DNA of 64,000 bases, taken from assembly GCA_044892525.1 (NCBI GenBank), contig CM097885.1:39062001-39126000 (forward strand), written 5' to 3'. The DNA is from Schmidtea polychroa (Eukaryota). The position numbers and the translations under genes are program-made. Every line of letters begins with the position of its first letter. The first letter of the stretch is position 1. Below the pieces are notes generated by a model. That model was not told the DNA's origin. It saw only the letters and a list, made by a program, of their open reading frames with translations, and made no database searches. This document shows positions 27,301 to 40,900 of the stretch, one piece after another.

Positions 27301-30300
27301 TTCCATGCTTTCGAAATCCAAACTACTGCTTGAAAATCAAAAATCAACCTTTTTGCACCATAACTATTGTGGCTCAAAAATTTCTTGTAATAGTCTTGTA
27401 ATAGTCATTTTATAATACCTTGGTCAAGAGGTTGAATAAGAGATGAGGTATTTGGTGGGAAAAAGAATAATTCGATATTACTGAATTCAAAGTATTGGGT
27501 GAATAGGTGCATTATCTAACAGTAATAAAATTTTCCAATCCTCTGCTTTCATTATGCTGTTTAAATCTTTTAACCAATTTTGAAAAATTATCAACGTCAT
27601 CCAAGATTTTGTATTCCAACGATAATAAATAAGCAATTTTTCTATATCGAAATTTTTAAAACATCGAGGTTTCTTCGACCTCCCTATCACTAAAGGCTTT
27701 AATTTGTCTCTTAACATTTTTCTCCCAAGAATATAGTAATTCGATAGTAATTCGTCACAATTATAAACGTTTCTATCTTCATATTCTTTCAACTTTTCCA
27801 TATATAATTCCTTAAAATTAAGAACATACCTTTCATCTACGATTTTAGATTCTCCAATAATTCTTTTCGATGATATCATATACTTGGAAAGAAAAGAATG
27901 AAGCCAACCATTTGGTGCTTTAAAATCATGATTTCCTAAGTGATTCGCTAATTGTAATTCTTTTTGCTGTAATATATCACCATTGACACTGATATTTCTA
28001 GTTCTTTCGATTTGGAACCACTATTACAATTTGGCATCAATTTTACAATCTATCAATTTAGCAATCTACTACGTAAATGTATTTTTCATTTTTGTTTGGT
28101 TTTCAAGTTTGAATTCAAAATGGAGTCTCTGGATTTCATAATATTATTTATACAACCTAATGAAAGATTTCATTTTGATGAAAGAAAGCGTTGAGAACAA
28201 CCTTTATCTTCCCTTTCGTTTTAAATTTGTGTTTTTCATGTTCATAAAAGACAGTTAAAAATGAAATATTTAAACAAAAAATTGTATAAATTATTAATTT
28301 ATTTTACACTTTTTTTTGTTCATTGTTCAAAATAAACAGTGTTCATATTATAAAACATAATTTCCCATGAAAACCAAATGATTTCTAATAATTTTTGAAT
28401 TAAGTTCATATTAAACTTTGTTCATATTAATCAGGGTTCTCAGTTCATGAACTATGTTCTTCACTTTTTCGTTGTTTTTTCTCTGTTGCCATCCTATAAA
28501 TAAAAAACTAAATTAATTATAATTAGAATATAATTTGTAGCAAATAAAACAAACCACTTGAATAAAATTTCGGCACTAATAAATATAAAAAACTATATCA
28601 AAATGTCTTACAATAAATTACACTGTAAATACGATAAGTGACATACAAAATAAAGATAAAATAGCACAAAGTAAACTAAGTTTAACCACAATTTTGTTAA
28701 ATTTAAATTCATGACAAAGAAACTATTCTATACTGTGACGAAAAATGTACCTAAATTAGAAATATCATTAGAAATACAAGTACTCAAAAAAAATGATCAA
28801 AAATACCATCCTATTTAAAGATATCATTTAAAGCATGAAGGGGAAAGATATAAGAAATGAAAACGTGTAATGGTTAAGTGAGAAAAGAATGACATTTAAA
28901 ATTATGCTGAAGAAAATAAGTTTTTTAATTTAAATTTTTATTTTTTGTGGAAATAACTTGTTGTTAAGAGTATTACCTCTCGTATCTTGACAATTTAATT
29001 GAATACTAAATGAATCCATAAATTTTATTTCAAAAACAAATATGCTCCTATCTAACTTTCTTATTTAAACAAATTTTCGATTTTTTTATTTGAAATTTGA
29101 AATATTTATTTTAATTTACTATATTGGATTTTTAAGTTTTTCATTTAAAAATATTTTGTGAATAACAACTTAAAAATTTCAGATACTTTCCGCTTCTCTC
29201 ATATCCCTTTCTTCAGAAGTTTTCCCACAAAACATAACTCAATATTTAGCTTCTTTGTGAATTCTTTCATCATTATTGATTCGAACGCCTTCCCACAATC
29301 AACTGTTATCTCTTTTGGGCAACCAAATCTTAAAATCCATTTTTTCGAATAATATTTTTCCTTATCGTTTATTCGTTTTATCTTATTATGGCTGTCAATA
29401 TGAGATAATTGGCTTCTAACAATGACAATGGACAATAGTAAATATAAATGAAATATAAAAGCCAGACAGTTTTAAAAATACAAAAAAAATTTTAAATAAA
29501 ATAATATCATTTTGATTTTCAAAATTACTTAAAATCTTATGGATTTTTTGTTTCACTGTTGTGTAATTTTATTGTTCTGCCGGTTTTTGCCTGAGTCGGC
29601 TCCCAGTAGCATACCTTATTGTGTATTTGACAATGTAATAACTGATGACATGTATGCAACAAGTGTGTATAGCACATCAAAAATTTGAAATAGTTCGTGT
29701 GCTTAAGTTCTTATCGTTGAATTATTTCACACTATTTTCACTATGAATTCAATTTTATGTGCCATTTCTGGATTTTTGTTCGAGCAAATTCATCTTTCCA
29801 GCACACCTACTTAAACATATTTTCATTCTAATATATATTATCATTTTTTCTCCATATTGTAATCCTGTCCAATGTTTAATATCTGGATTGTCTTAATGAA
29901 AACTGTTAAATATTTGTGGAAAATTCTAACAAAAAAGCAGATTAATCAATTAACAATGGAAACCGGGAATATAAATATCTTCGAAGAATATTAGTCTGAT
30001 CAGTGCCATATATTCGTTATCAATGATAGATTTAATCAATAGATTAAAAATATTCGTGATTCAATTAATATAATTTTAATAAACTAATAAAATTTTTAAA
30101 GAATATTTTGGAAGTATCAAAGTGAAATGAAATTTTACAAATAAAATGGATTAATGAACTTTGAGAATTTCATTTAAATTCTGAATTAAAGGGATTTTTT
30201 CTTTGGAACCAAGCTGGAAATGGAAGAGATGTGGATTTGCGCAAGGGTAAAATAATGTCTATCGTGGGAGGATATTCGACTAAAAAATCAAAACTTTGAT

Positions 30301-31805
30301 TTAAGATTAAGTATTAATATTAATATTAAAAAATTTACAGTAAATAATCTCTTCTAATGTAGTATGTGAGCCCGTCAGATACAAATAGAGGGTAGGGGTA
30401 CTGTTTACACCACGCGTACCCGTTACGTCATAGCACGTGCCAACACACTGGTTGTTAACTGACCCACGTACTGATGCCTCAACATACTGGCTATGGTTAC
30501 TATGTCTTCATACTGACAACACACGGTAACTACGGTCTCATTATAATGGTCACAAATTGACGCCACGTACTGATGATCTAACATACTGATCATGGTTATA
30601 TTGACCACACACATTTCAACCAATCGACTACTAATACAGTACTACTCACCCAATGTGAGGATCCACTACGACTAATGCCAAAATACAATAGCAACAACCA
30701 GAACTATGACAGTTACTACTACTAGTATGATTTCTACCCCAGCCTACCAAAGTCTCCAATCAGGCAGTTATTTACATATTGTAGTCTATAATGAACAGTT
30801 TATAATGAACAGAAATGGGAACAAATGTCACGAAAACTGAATGTCTGTAGTGCGGAGAGAGTTAGTACTTCGTTATATTACCTTTCATCTGGATAACAAG
30901 ACACACTCGTTTAGGCATTGTATCTACCACTTTAACCAGGAAATCAAGGGAGTTGTGTGACCATTCCTTATGCAGATGCTTTTCCAGTTCGGAGGCGTTA
31001 CGGGCAATTGGGATCCTTTTGCGAACTCGTCTACTAAGGACGCCCCACATAAACTCAATAGGATTCAGATCAGGGCTTTGTGAAACCCAATCCAAATCTT
31101 TGATGCTGTGCTGCAGAAAGAATTCCTTCATAATTTGCGAAGTATGGATTGGTGCATTATCTTGGGGGAAAATGAGCCCTTCAATTTCTGGGAGAAAGGG
31201 AAGAAGCTCATTTTCCAGAATGGCATGGTATTCCACTGACGTCATCTGATTCCTGTAATGAAAAAAAAAACAATAATAACTGAAAATATTTTATAAAATA
31301 TTAAAAAACAAATTAAATTAATAATTAATTATACAAACATCTTAATTAAATGATAAATGCAAAAATATGGGAAAATAAAAATCAAACGAATAATGGGCTT
31401 TTCGAAGTTAAAATTGTTTTGTTCCCGAAAAATCTATTTGATTATCAATGCAAATATTGGGAGTAAGATTTTGGAATTTTGGAAATTTGATTGATTAGAA
31501 AAGATTAAAGATTAAATTCAAGATTTGATAAATTGTTTGACATAATTTGAAACAGTGGAAATATGATCATTTTATATCACGGATTGTACTTTTAACAGAT
31601 TATGGGATCAGTAGATCAAACAAAGATACCGCTTAAGTCAAAAAATTCCGGTAAACGGTCAATTAAAATAAAAATAATAAGATCAAATAACTTACACACT
31701 TTATCAATAAAATATAATGTCCGTGTTTCACCCACTAAATATAATTTTCCAATAAATATATGAGATGAATAACATCAAATGTTGTTCGAAAAGTATTTAA
31801 TTGTG

Positions 31806-31903
<98 letters not shown>

Positions 31904-34900
31904 CATATTAATAATAATGATTATTATACATTAAAAAGTTTGTATAATATCATTATAATATAAAAATTCTTACGTGAAAGCAATTCTAAAAATGGTTGAA
32001 TTAAATACATAAAAGTTGGTTTATAAGCCAACACTCACTATAAAAATGCAACAAAATAAAAGCGGACGCTGCAATAATGTGAGGCAAGGGCTTTCAATGT
32101 GTTTTCACTAGCAATATCTAAATGAGGAAAAAACTAATTAAACGGTCGAAAATAAATTATTCCTAACTGTAGTTCATCTTTCGATCTTCACGTTTCTTTA
32201 AATTCTGATTTTCTCCGTCAATAAAACTGCCAATCAACAGCAATAATGATTGTTGATAAAACGGACCTATGAGAGAACTCGGTCTATCTCTCTCTTCTCT
32301 AAGTATCGGACACCAATAAGGTTATAAGAAAATTTTTGTCGATAAATTGCTGGTAAATATTCTCAGGAATCCATTGACAACTATGTCAATAATAAAAACC
32401 AAAAAAATATTTTGGAAAATTTAAATTAAGAAAAGAATATTTTATTTATACAGTGTTGGTTAAAAATTTCCGGCTTATCAAACAATTTAGAAGCCTGCTG
32501 AAAATTAGGATTATTACATGAATTTTATTTTCATTTGTGGTTTCTTCCTGTTTCAATTCGCATTTGTAGGCAAAATGATATTTGTTTCAGAAAAAATGAT
32601 GCTGACTATAATAGTTTTAATTCAAGTCCTAATTGACTTTTATAATTAGGTCGCTGTTGTTTAAAACAAAATATTTCACGATTTATTAATTATAAAATAT
32701 TCACTTAAAGTAATCAAAATGGGAAGATTTTCTTAATTGAGTAAAATTAATTAAATTGCTAGGGAAATTAATTTTATTTTTGGGTTTTTAAAATTTAATA
32801 TTGGTTTTAAACAAATAAATTACTAAAATTGCAAACGAAATTACTTATACACATTAATTTATGATCACCAAAACTTTCCAAAGAGATCAAAAACATAGTT
32901 TATGAGGACGAAATTTCTTTTAAGGGGGGAGATTTGTTGAGGTCAGTAAATTAAAATAAATTTAGATAAAATGTAGGTCGAATGAAAAAGACAAATAAAA
33001 GTGTGGTCATGCACAGAATGGATAATAAAGGATCTTATGATGGAAACAGTATTAGGAAATAGCAAAAGCAGTTACGAAAGGCAAAAATCAATAAATTGTA
33101 AATTTATCGAAATTGAATCGGAAAAACGGGACAGGTATAGATTAGCTAATGGCCAACAAGATAGTGATTAGGGATTTATGAGAAAATGGTTAGAAAGGGT
33201 CGAAAAGCATTCGAATTTGTAAAACAGAAAAGCGTTAATTAATTAATTGGCTAATAGAAAACTCGAGCGCGATTAACATGAAAAACAAACAAAATGAGAA
33301 TCTCGAAAGGCCATTAACATGACAGCATTAATGGAGACAAACAAAGCTTAGGACTATTACGAAGGATTAACAAAAGGATGCAATTAATCACGATATGGTT
33401 CAAACAACGTTCGAGGAAGCGGTTGGCAAACCATTGTCAGATAGAAGCAATCCGGTCAAAAACCAATTAATCAAAGTGATTATTTTAGTATAAAAGCAAA
33501 GTCGAAATTCAAAATAATCCGCATTTAGCCTAAGCTAGGAATTCGAAGAAAACGAGTGTAGGAAAAGGGAAAGACGAATTAGGAAGTTTAGGGAAAAAGA
33601 AAATATAGAACCGATACGTAAAAGTGGAAAAGAATTAAATCGAATCGAAAAGGAAAGAGTTGGTCAAAAGAAGCTAGGGAACAAAAGGTGAATATTATCT
33701 TTTATCAAGGCATCAACACCGAGCGGATAATCGGTCAAACTCGTAAAACTTTGGTTATTGATTATTTTGTGTCGAGAGAAATATATTTTGTGATTCAAAT
33801 ATAGGTTGGGTAGTTGTTAGTGGTGATTTTCAATTAAAGGGACGCGTGGAGTCAGAGGTTCCCGACTCGAATTAATAAAACCCAACGGGTGCAACGAAAT
33901 TATGTTCATGCAATACGACAAAATGTGAATAAGCTCCAGAATTAATTTTTGAGATATTTCCATAGGATACGAAACAATCTGTTATAATCGTAAGCCACTT
34001 TACTATTAGTCACAAAAGAACAGAAACATTTATCTGAATAACGTTCAACTTCAACAGATAACCATCTTTGAGAAATTGTACGGCCACGATTATATTTTCG
34101 TTTTGCAATGACAGTTTCATCTAATTCAACTACGCATCCACTAAAATCATAATTCAATCCTCCTAATTGAATTCGATGATCTTTATTTCAGCGACAACAA
34201 ATATCTCGTACAAAATTATACTAATATAGACAAACTGTGTATGATATTTCTAGTTGATTACTGATGAATTTTAGACTTGTTTTATGTGACGAAAAATACA
34301 AAAACATGGCAAAATTATTCTTAGTCAGATGACTTTTTTCAAAAAATGAACCTTTTCGGAAAAAGGAAGTTTCCTTACAATTTCCACAACACCTTCGTTG
34401 GCCATCGATATTGTTTCGTCCTCTCGAAATATATTGATTTTTAATTTTTTAATTTTTGATAGAAATATATCAGTTGGAAAAATACAGTTTTGTCGTCTAT
34501 TTCTGTTTTTTTGTACATCGAGTTGGAGACTTAAACCCGATTGACTAGTTATATTTAATTGCGATATAAATTATTGATACAATAACTTTCTTTGATTTTG
34601 TTTTATGTGTGCTTTGTTATTATGTTTTTATTTTTGTAATTGTTGTTAAGCAGCGAATAACATATTTTTAAAAGGAAAAGCGTTATATCCATTATTTATA
34701 TTTATTAAAATACCACCTGGAATCCAGGTCCAGGATAGACTTATATTCTATCCATAGGCCACAAACGAATCATCATTTTTATTATTATTCATTTTTGTAT
34801 AATTTATTTATTTAATTCTTTTATAGTTAATGGGAATTGAAATACCGAGTAGTTTTGGTGGAACAGAAGCTAGTTTTTTTTCGTCGATCCTTGTAATTGA

Positions 34901-37900
34901 AGAGTTGTCTAAAGTTGATCCAAGTATTGCGATACTTGTTGATATCCAAAATACATTGATTATTACTCTAATCATGAGATTGGGAACTGACGAACAGAAA
35001 TCATATTGGTTGCCAAAACTTGCTCATAGCACAGTAAAATGACTTATTAATGATATCACTCTAAATGTGATTTAAAGATTGGGAGTTTTGCACTTTCAGA
35101 AACTGAATCTGGTTCAGACGCGTTCTCTTTAAAAACTGTTGCTATTGCGGACGGGAACGATTTTGTATTAAATGGATCTAAAATGTGGATTAGTAATTCC
35201 ATAGAAGCCGGTGTGTTTCTTGTGATGGCAAATATTGATCTTGCTCAGGTGTCAATGAAAGTAGTTTATAATTTTTATTTACAATATTCAGGGATACAAA
35301 GGAATAACTGTATTTATTGTACCCAGAGACATTCAAGGATTAACAGTTGGTAAGAAGGAAGATAAGCTTGGATTACGAGCATCTTCCACATGTCAAGTAA
35401 AGAATCTTTATATTTTAATAACATTATCAAAATCATAGTTTTTATTTTCTTTATTCTCTTATTGCACCTTTTTCACCTTTTATTTATTTTTCTTATTCAA
35501 CACAAGATCAAGCAGTAATTCCATCGATAATTGCAGTGTATATCCTAATTTGGGAAATGAGTGTAGTTTAACCTATTTATTATTGAGATATATTTGATTT
35601 AAAATAAAGTTTGATTAACATTTTTATTTCATTTTATAAGGTTTAGACTGAAAAATTGATTTATTACGTTGCGGTATTTTAAAAGATATTTATTATGATT
35701 TCAATTTGACTTTGACATGATTAATTTGACCTTAACCTACTTATTGTGACATTATATTGTCATAGCAATGATATCGTGGGTTTGGTACGTACCACCTTTA
35801 ATTCTGGGATTTTTGGATTTCGGTTAACCTGGCACTTCTGTCTACTGTCACTATTATGAAATTTATTGTATAATAATTTGTTCAAATAATGTTTTAAAAT
35901 TTAATTTCTTAGTTTCAACTTAATCTAGCCAAAATCAATAATATAATTGATTTATTATTCTAATCCATAAAAATAATATTGAAGAAATTATATCATATTC
36001 ATTGTAGAGACATATAACTAATTCGAATAAAGATTTTATTCAAAAGAACATTGCAATAAATAATTGATATATCTGCTCCAATAGTCAATATACCAACGAA
36101 AGCACGGACACTGGAGATTGTTGAAGATCTCCATCATCAGAGAGATCATAGCTAATAAAACGAAGGTTTCAGTTTCTTGAATGTCTGGCATATTTGCTTC
36201 ATTGGTTTTGACGAGATTTAATGATTGGGAAGTTGAATGTTTCTTTGTTTTTTTTAAATTGAATTGATTTTGGAAAAAAGTGAGGATTATTTAAACAATG
36301 ATTTTTAATTTGATTTTAATTTAATTAATTTAATAATATATTTTAAGTTCAATTATTAAATTGATAAAAGTGGGAGTCAGAGGCACTACATTCATCTGTA
36401 AAAAAACTTGAAATAGTTCAACATACAGAAATTTGCGGTAATCGTGAAGCAGGACGGGTGTACAATGTTAATGAAACATCATTTAGAGAATTAAGTAAAA
36501 CAGTAACTGTTTTGGAAACGATGAAACCTAATAAAAGAGTCTTTTGGAAGATGAATTAAAGGCTTAAATTTTAGAGTTAAGATTGGATGATAAGAGTGTT
36601 TCCACAACTTCAATAAAATTGAAGGTCATTTCACTTACAAATCAATAAAAGATTGAAGACTTCAAAGAAAGCACCCAATGATGTGATATTTCACTTGGAC
36701 AAATTTTGCATTTAAGCTGGGATGGAAAAGTTAAACTTTATAAATGAAAAGTTAGTTGGCGTAGATAAAAATCAGATTGAAAATATGGACGAAGTTCCAA
36801 TGAGTTTTGATATGTCTAGCAATTTCACTGTTGAAACAAAGGCATAGAAAATGTGCATTTTTTTATATCCACACCTCTGTATAACGTACCCAGATTTTTC
36901 ATAAGAAAGTAACATTTTTTGTATAACTTGCATGTTATGCACAAGATTTTGAGGTATTTGGATGCTGTTTATTCTCTGAGATCAGATATTATATATTTTT
37001 TGGAAATTGGTTGTTATGAAATAATTTAATTTGTAAAAGATTGGAAAGATCAATCAATACTTTTATGTGAAAAAAACATAAATCTATAGAATAATTATGA
37101 ACACTAAAAATGGTATATTGTATAAAAATCAATAAAAAACAAAAGTTTATAAAATTAAAATCACAATTAATTTTGTACCTGATCTAAGTTAAAATTTGAG
37201 AATTAATGATGAATTACATAAAACCAATAAAATAATGGAAGATTGGTAATTTTGTATAGAATTATGTACTCACATAATTGGATAGGTTCATTTTGACAAT
37301 GTTCGTGTTCCTCGGTCAAACGTTCTTGGTGAACTAGGCCATGGTTACCGATATGCTATTGAAATTCTAAATGAAGGGCGTGTTGGAATAGCTGCTCAAA
37401 TGGTTGGACTCAGTCAAGGTTGCCTTGATTTCACTATTAGATATATCAGGGAACGGCGTCAATTCAACCGTAGGATTTGGGATTTCCAGGTTGTTTACCC
37501 TTTTCAATTATTTGTTTAATTTTCTTTGGTTATAATTCCTTATTTTTAATCATATTGACAAATTACTTATCATTAATATAATTAATTTTTTTGCTAATGT
37601 TTGATTTGTTTTTATTTTATTTTTAACAATTCATTTATTCTCATGATTATAAATCAATTTTTTGCTTAAGTAACACAAATTTTCAGCACCGCCTTTCTCA
37701 AGTATTATTTCCTTTTGAAAATTTATAATTTATTTATTTTATAATCTTTTGGTTTTATAGTTATTTAAAGGTCAATTTTGTAAATTAAAATATAATTATA
37801 AATTCAATTTTAATTAATTACTGGCGAAATTAAATGACGGGATCATGTTATCAATCCAAATACATAATTCTCCATAGATTTGTATGTTAAAAAAAGATTC

Positions 37901-40900
37901 AATATGTGGTTTAATTCATATTATTTTTATTTCAATAAATCTTTAATGAAAATATTTTTGGTGTAAGTTTGATCACCTCCGAAAGAACCTTGATAATAAG
38001 AGTCGGTAATTTGAATTTTTAAATTTTCGTGATATCGTCCGCGAGTTAATACCACATAAAGTTGTCCATGTGCGAAGACTGGGTCAGTCAAGAAAACACC
38101 GACATGGTCAAAAGAATTGATTAAAAATAATTAATGGTCCAAATTGGACAAATTATGCATTATTCAATAGAGGAAAGTCGATTTTCAGATAAAATTAAAA
38201 TAAAAATACCATGCTGTCGATCAAAATTTAAAGTTATAATAAAATTTGCCATTTAGTGATTTTAATTAAACATTATTCCATATTCACTCATTCACATACA
38301 TACATAAAGAATTATGTATTTAGATCCTTTTCAATCTCTCAGGATTTAGTTCTTTCAATGTTCAAATGCTTATTGGTATTCCTTTTTTATTCATTTTCTG
38401 TATTATCACTAATTTAAGTTTGATTAAATAAATTTTAAAATTAAATTATGTGTAAAAAAGCAACAAACGAAATATATTACTTCAGTTTAATCATGAAAAT
38501 TTGGATAATGAATTTTTACCCGCGGAGATCAATAAAAATGATATTTTATATCCATAATGAATTTTAATTATTTATAACGATTATCGAGCCTATAATAAAC
38601 GGAAATAAATATGATCAATATAGATATTTGCAGCAAAAAAATACTGAGAAGCGTGATGAGGTGTTCAAATTGTTTAAACACCAAGCCAATAGCTAAAAGT
38701 AGAAAAAAGATTGATGGATACAAAGTCTATCATTCGCTATAAAAAGAATCTTGCTCTCTGACTTTAAGATATCGTTCATAAGTATTTTACAAATACTATG
38801 GAAGTTGATGAATAACCATAATCAAGAACAAATGTCGAGAGAAGTATATATAAGTAGGTCAACTTTGACAAAGTTTTGTAAAGGATTAAGAAAACGTGAA
38901 GGCAACATAATACCATTAATAAACAGACTAGGGGGAAATGGAATAATTTGACAGATTGATGAGAGTTTATTTGAACATAAGAATCACTCGGGGAGAGCAA
39001 CAGAAAATGAGATTTTGGTTTCTGGGATTGCTGATACTAGTGCAAGCCCTGCAAAGATTTGATTGATGTAAATTAAATTGTAAATTAAAATGATGTAAAG
39101 TTAATTTTTAAAGAAAAATTTGTGAATAATGATGATAATAATAATAGTAATAATTCAACTAACAACTAAGTACTAACAACCAAGTACCCACAAAAACTAA
39201 AAAAGAATTTCAAATTAATCACATAAAGAAATAACACAAAATCGAATATGATATTTTGGATAATTCTTATTATACATTCAAAAAAAATTCGGGATTTTGC
39301 TTTATTTCAATAAAACTCAATGGATTGTGTATGTGTTAATGTTATGGGATCCACAAAATGTAAGGAATAATTAACAGTCGAATGGAATAATCCAGCTGAG
39401 GGTGTTATATTTCTATAAGCTGGCCATTGATCCCAGGCATAGTATGCCGAACAATAATGGGTAACAATGTCTCAGACCTCCTTTCATTAACAATTATCAT
39501 ATAAATACTTAAATCAACACGTTAAAGATTTTATTAATAAAAATCGCCATTCGTACATCTTTTTCACTATATATTTCGATAGCATCACTATCATCATCAG
39601 GTTACCTACATTCACGGCGGATGAATAACTATATAATATTGATAATATATAAACAAATTATAAAATTTTTAAATTATAAATAAAAATTTAAAAAATTTTT
39701 AAAATATTTCCACTTTTAAAATTATTTAAAAAATATTATTTAAATTATTTTTTTAATTATTTAACATAATTATTATTCAATATACATCAACATAGAAAAA
39801 CTTAATTAAAAACATTTAACACACATGTATTCACTGTATTCTGCACATTGATTTTAGGATTAAAAGTTCTTATCAATAATGCTTCACATATCACACGCTC
39901 AAAACCATTATCAAAATTTTTTGATAAGATTTTAAAATCAGACATTCCTAATTCTCTCATACAGACTTTATTGTGATCCTTAATATTGGACACTCCCCTC
40001 GGTAAACAGTGTTCTTGAACTCTAATACAGAGATGACGGGAAGTCTCTCCAATGTAAGTGGCATTACACCCATTACATGTTAATTGATAAACGAGATCCG
40101 AACACAATCCAACCGGTGTTTGAGATTTACTAACAAACATATTACGTACTTTGCACGATTTTGAAACAATTCCATAATTCAATGTACCCAACTGTTTACC
40201 AATATTTCTTTTGAAATCTTTATATCCTTCAGAATACGGCAATACCATCGTATATTTTGGCTCATCTTCTTTGTTAGTATCAATACTCATATTCACTACA
40301 TCATTCGACATATCAGTCAATTTACATTCATTCATACTACGATCCTTACATACATTTATCAACAGTCTCTTTCAATATTAACAATAAAAACCGTTTTGAG
40401 TAGCCATTCTTTACCAGTAATTCAACTAATTTATCTACACTTTTTACTGAATTTTTAAAAGTGGAAGATAAGCACCATGATCGATAAACCAATCCTTTCA
40501 CCATGTTTCTTTTATATTTTTCTTTTCTATTCACAAAAACTCTCTGGAGTAGTATAGAGGCCGGTATCTGTTGGTTTTCTGTAAATTTCTGTCTCATATT
40601 GTTCATCTTTACGTTTAATTTTTTTATTTTTAATTTATCAATTTATTTTTAAATTCTCAGGCAACATTTCTCCAAAATATGTTACTTAATTTTAAATTAT
40701 TACCCTAATTTACTTATATTTAAATATAATACCATAATTTCTCAGGTGCTAACATTTCTTAAAAATTGACATCATAATTATTAAAATATTGATTATGAAT
40801 CAGTAAAGATATCGATGTTTTTTTATATTTTCGAATTTTCGGCACAGCCTTTTTCAAGTGATTTTAATCCTTATTTATTGATTTTAGAAAAAAAATTTAT

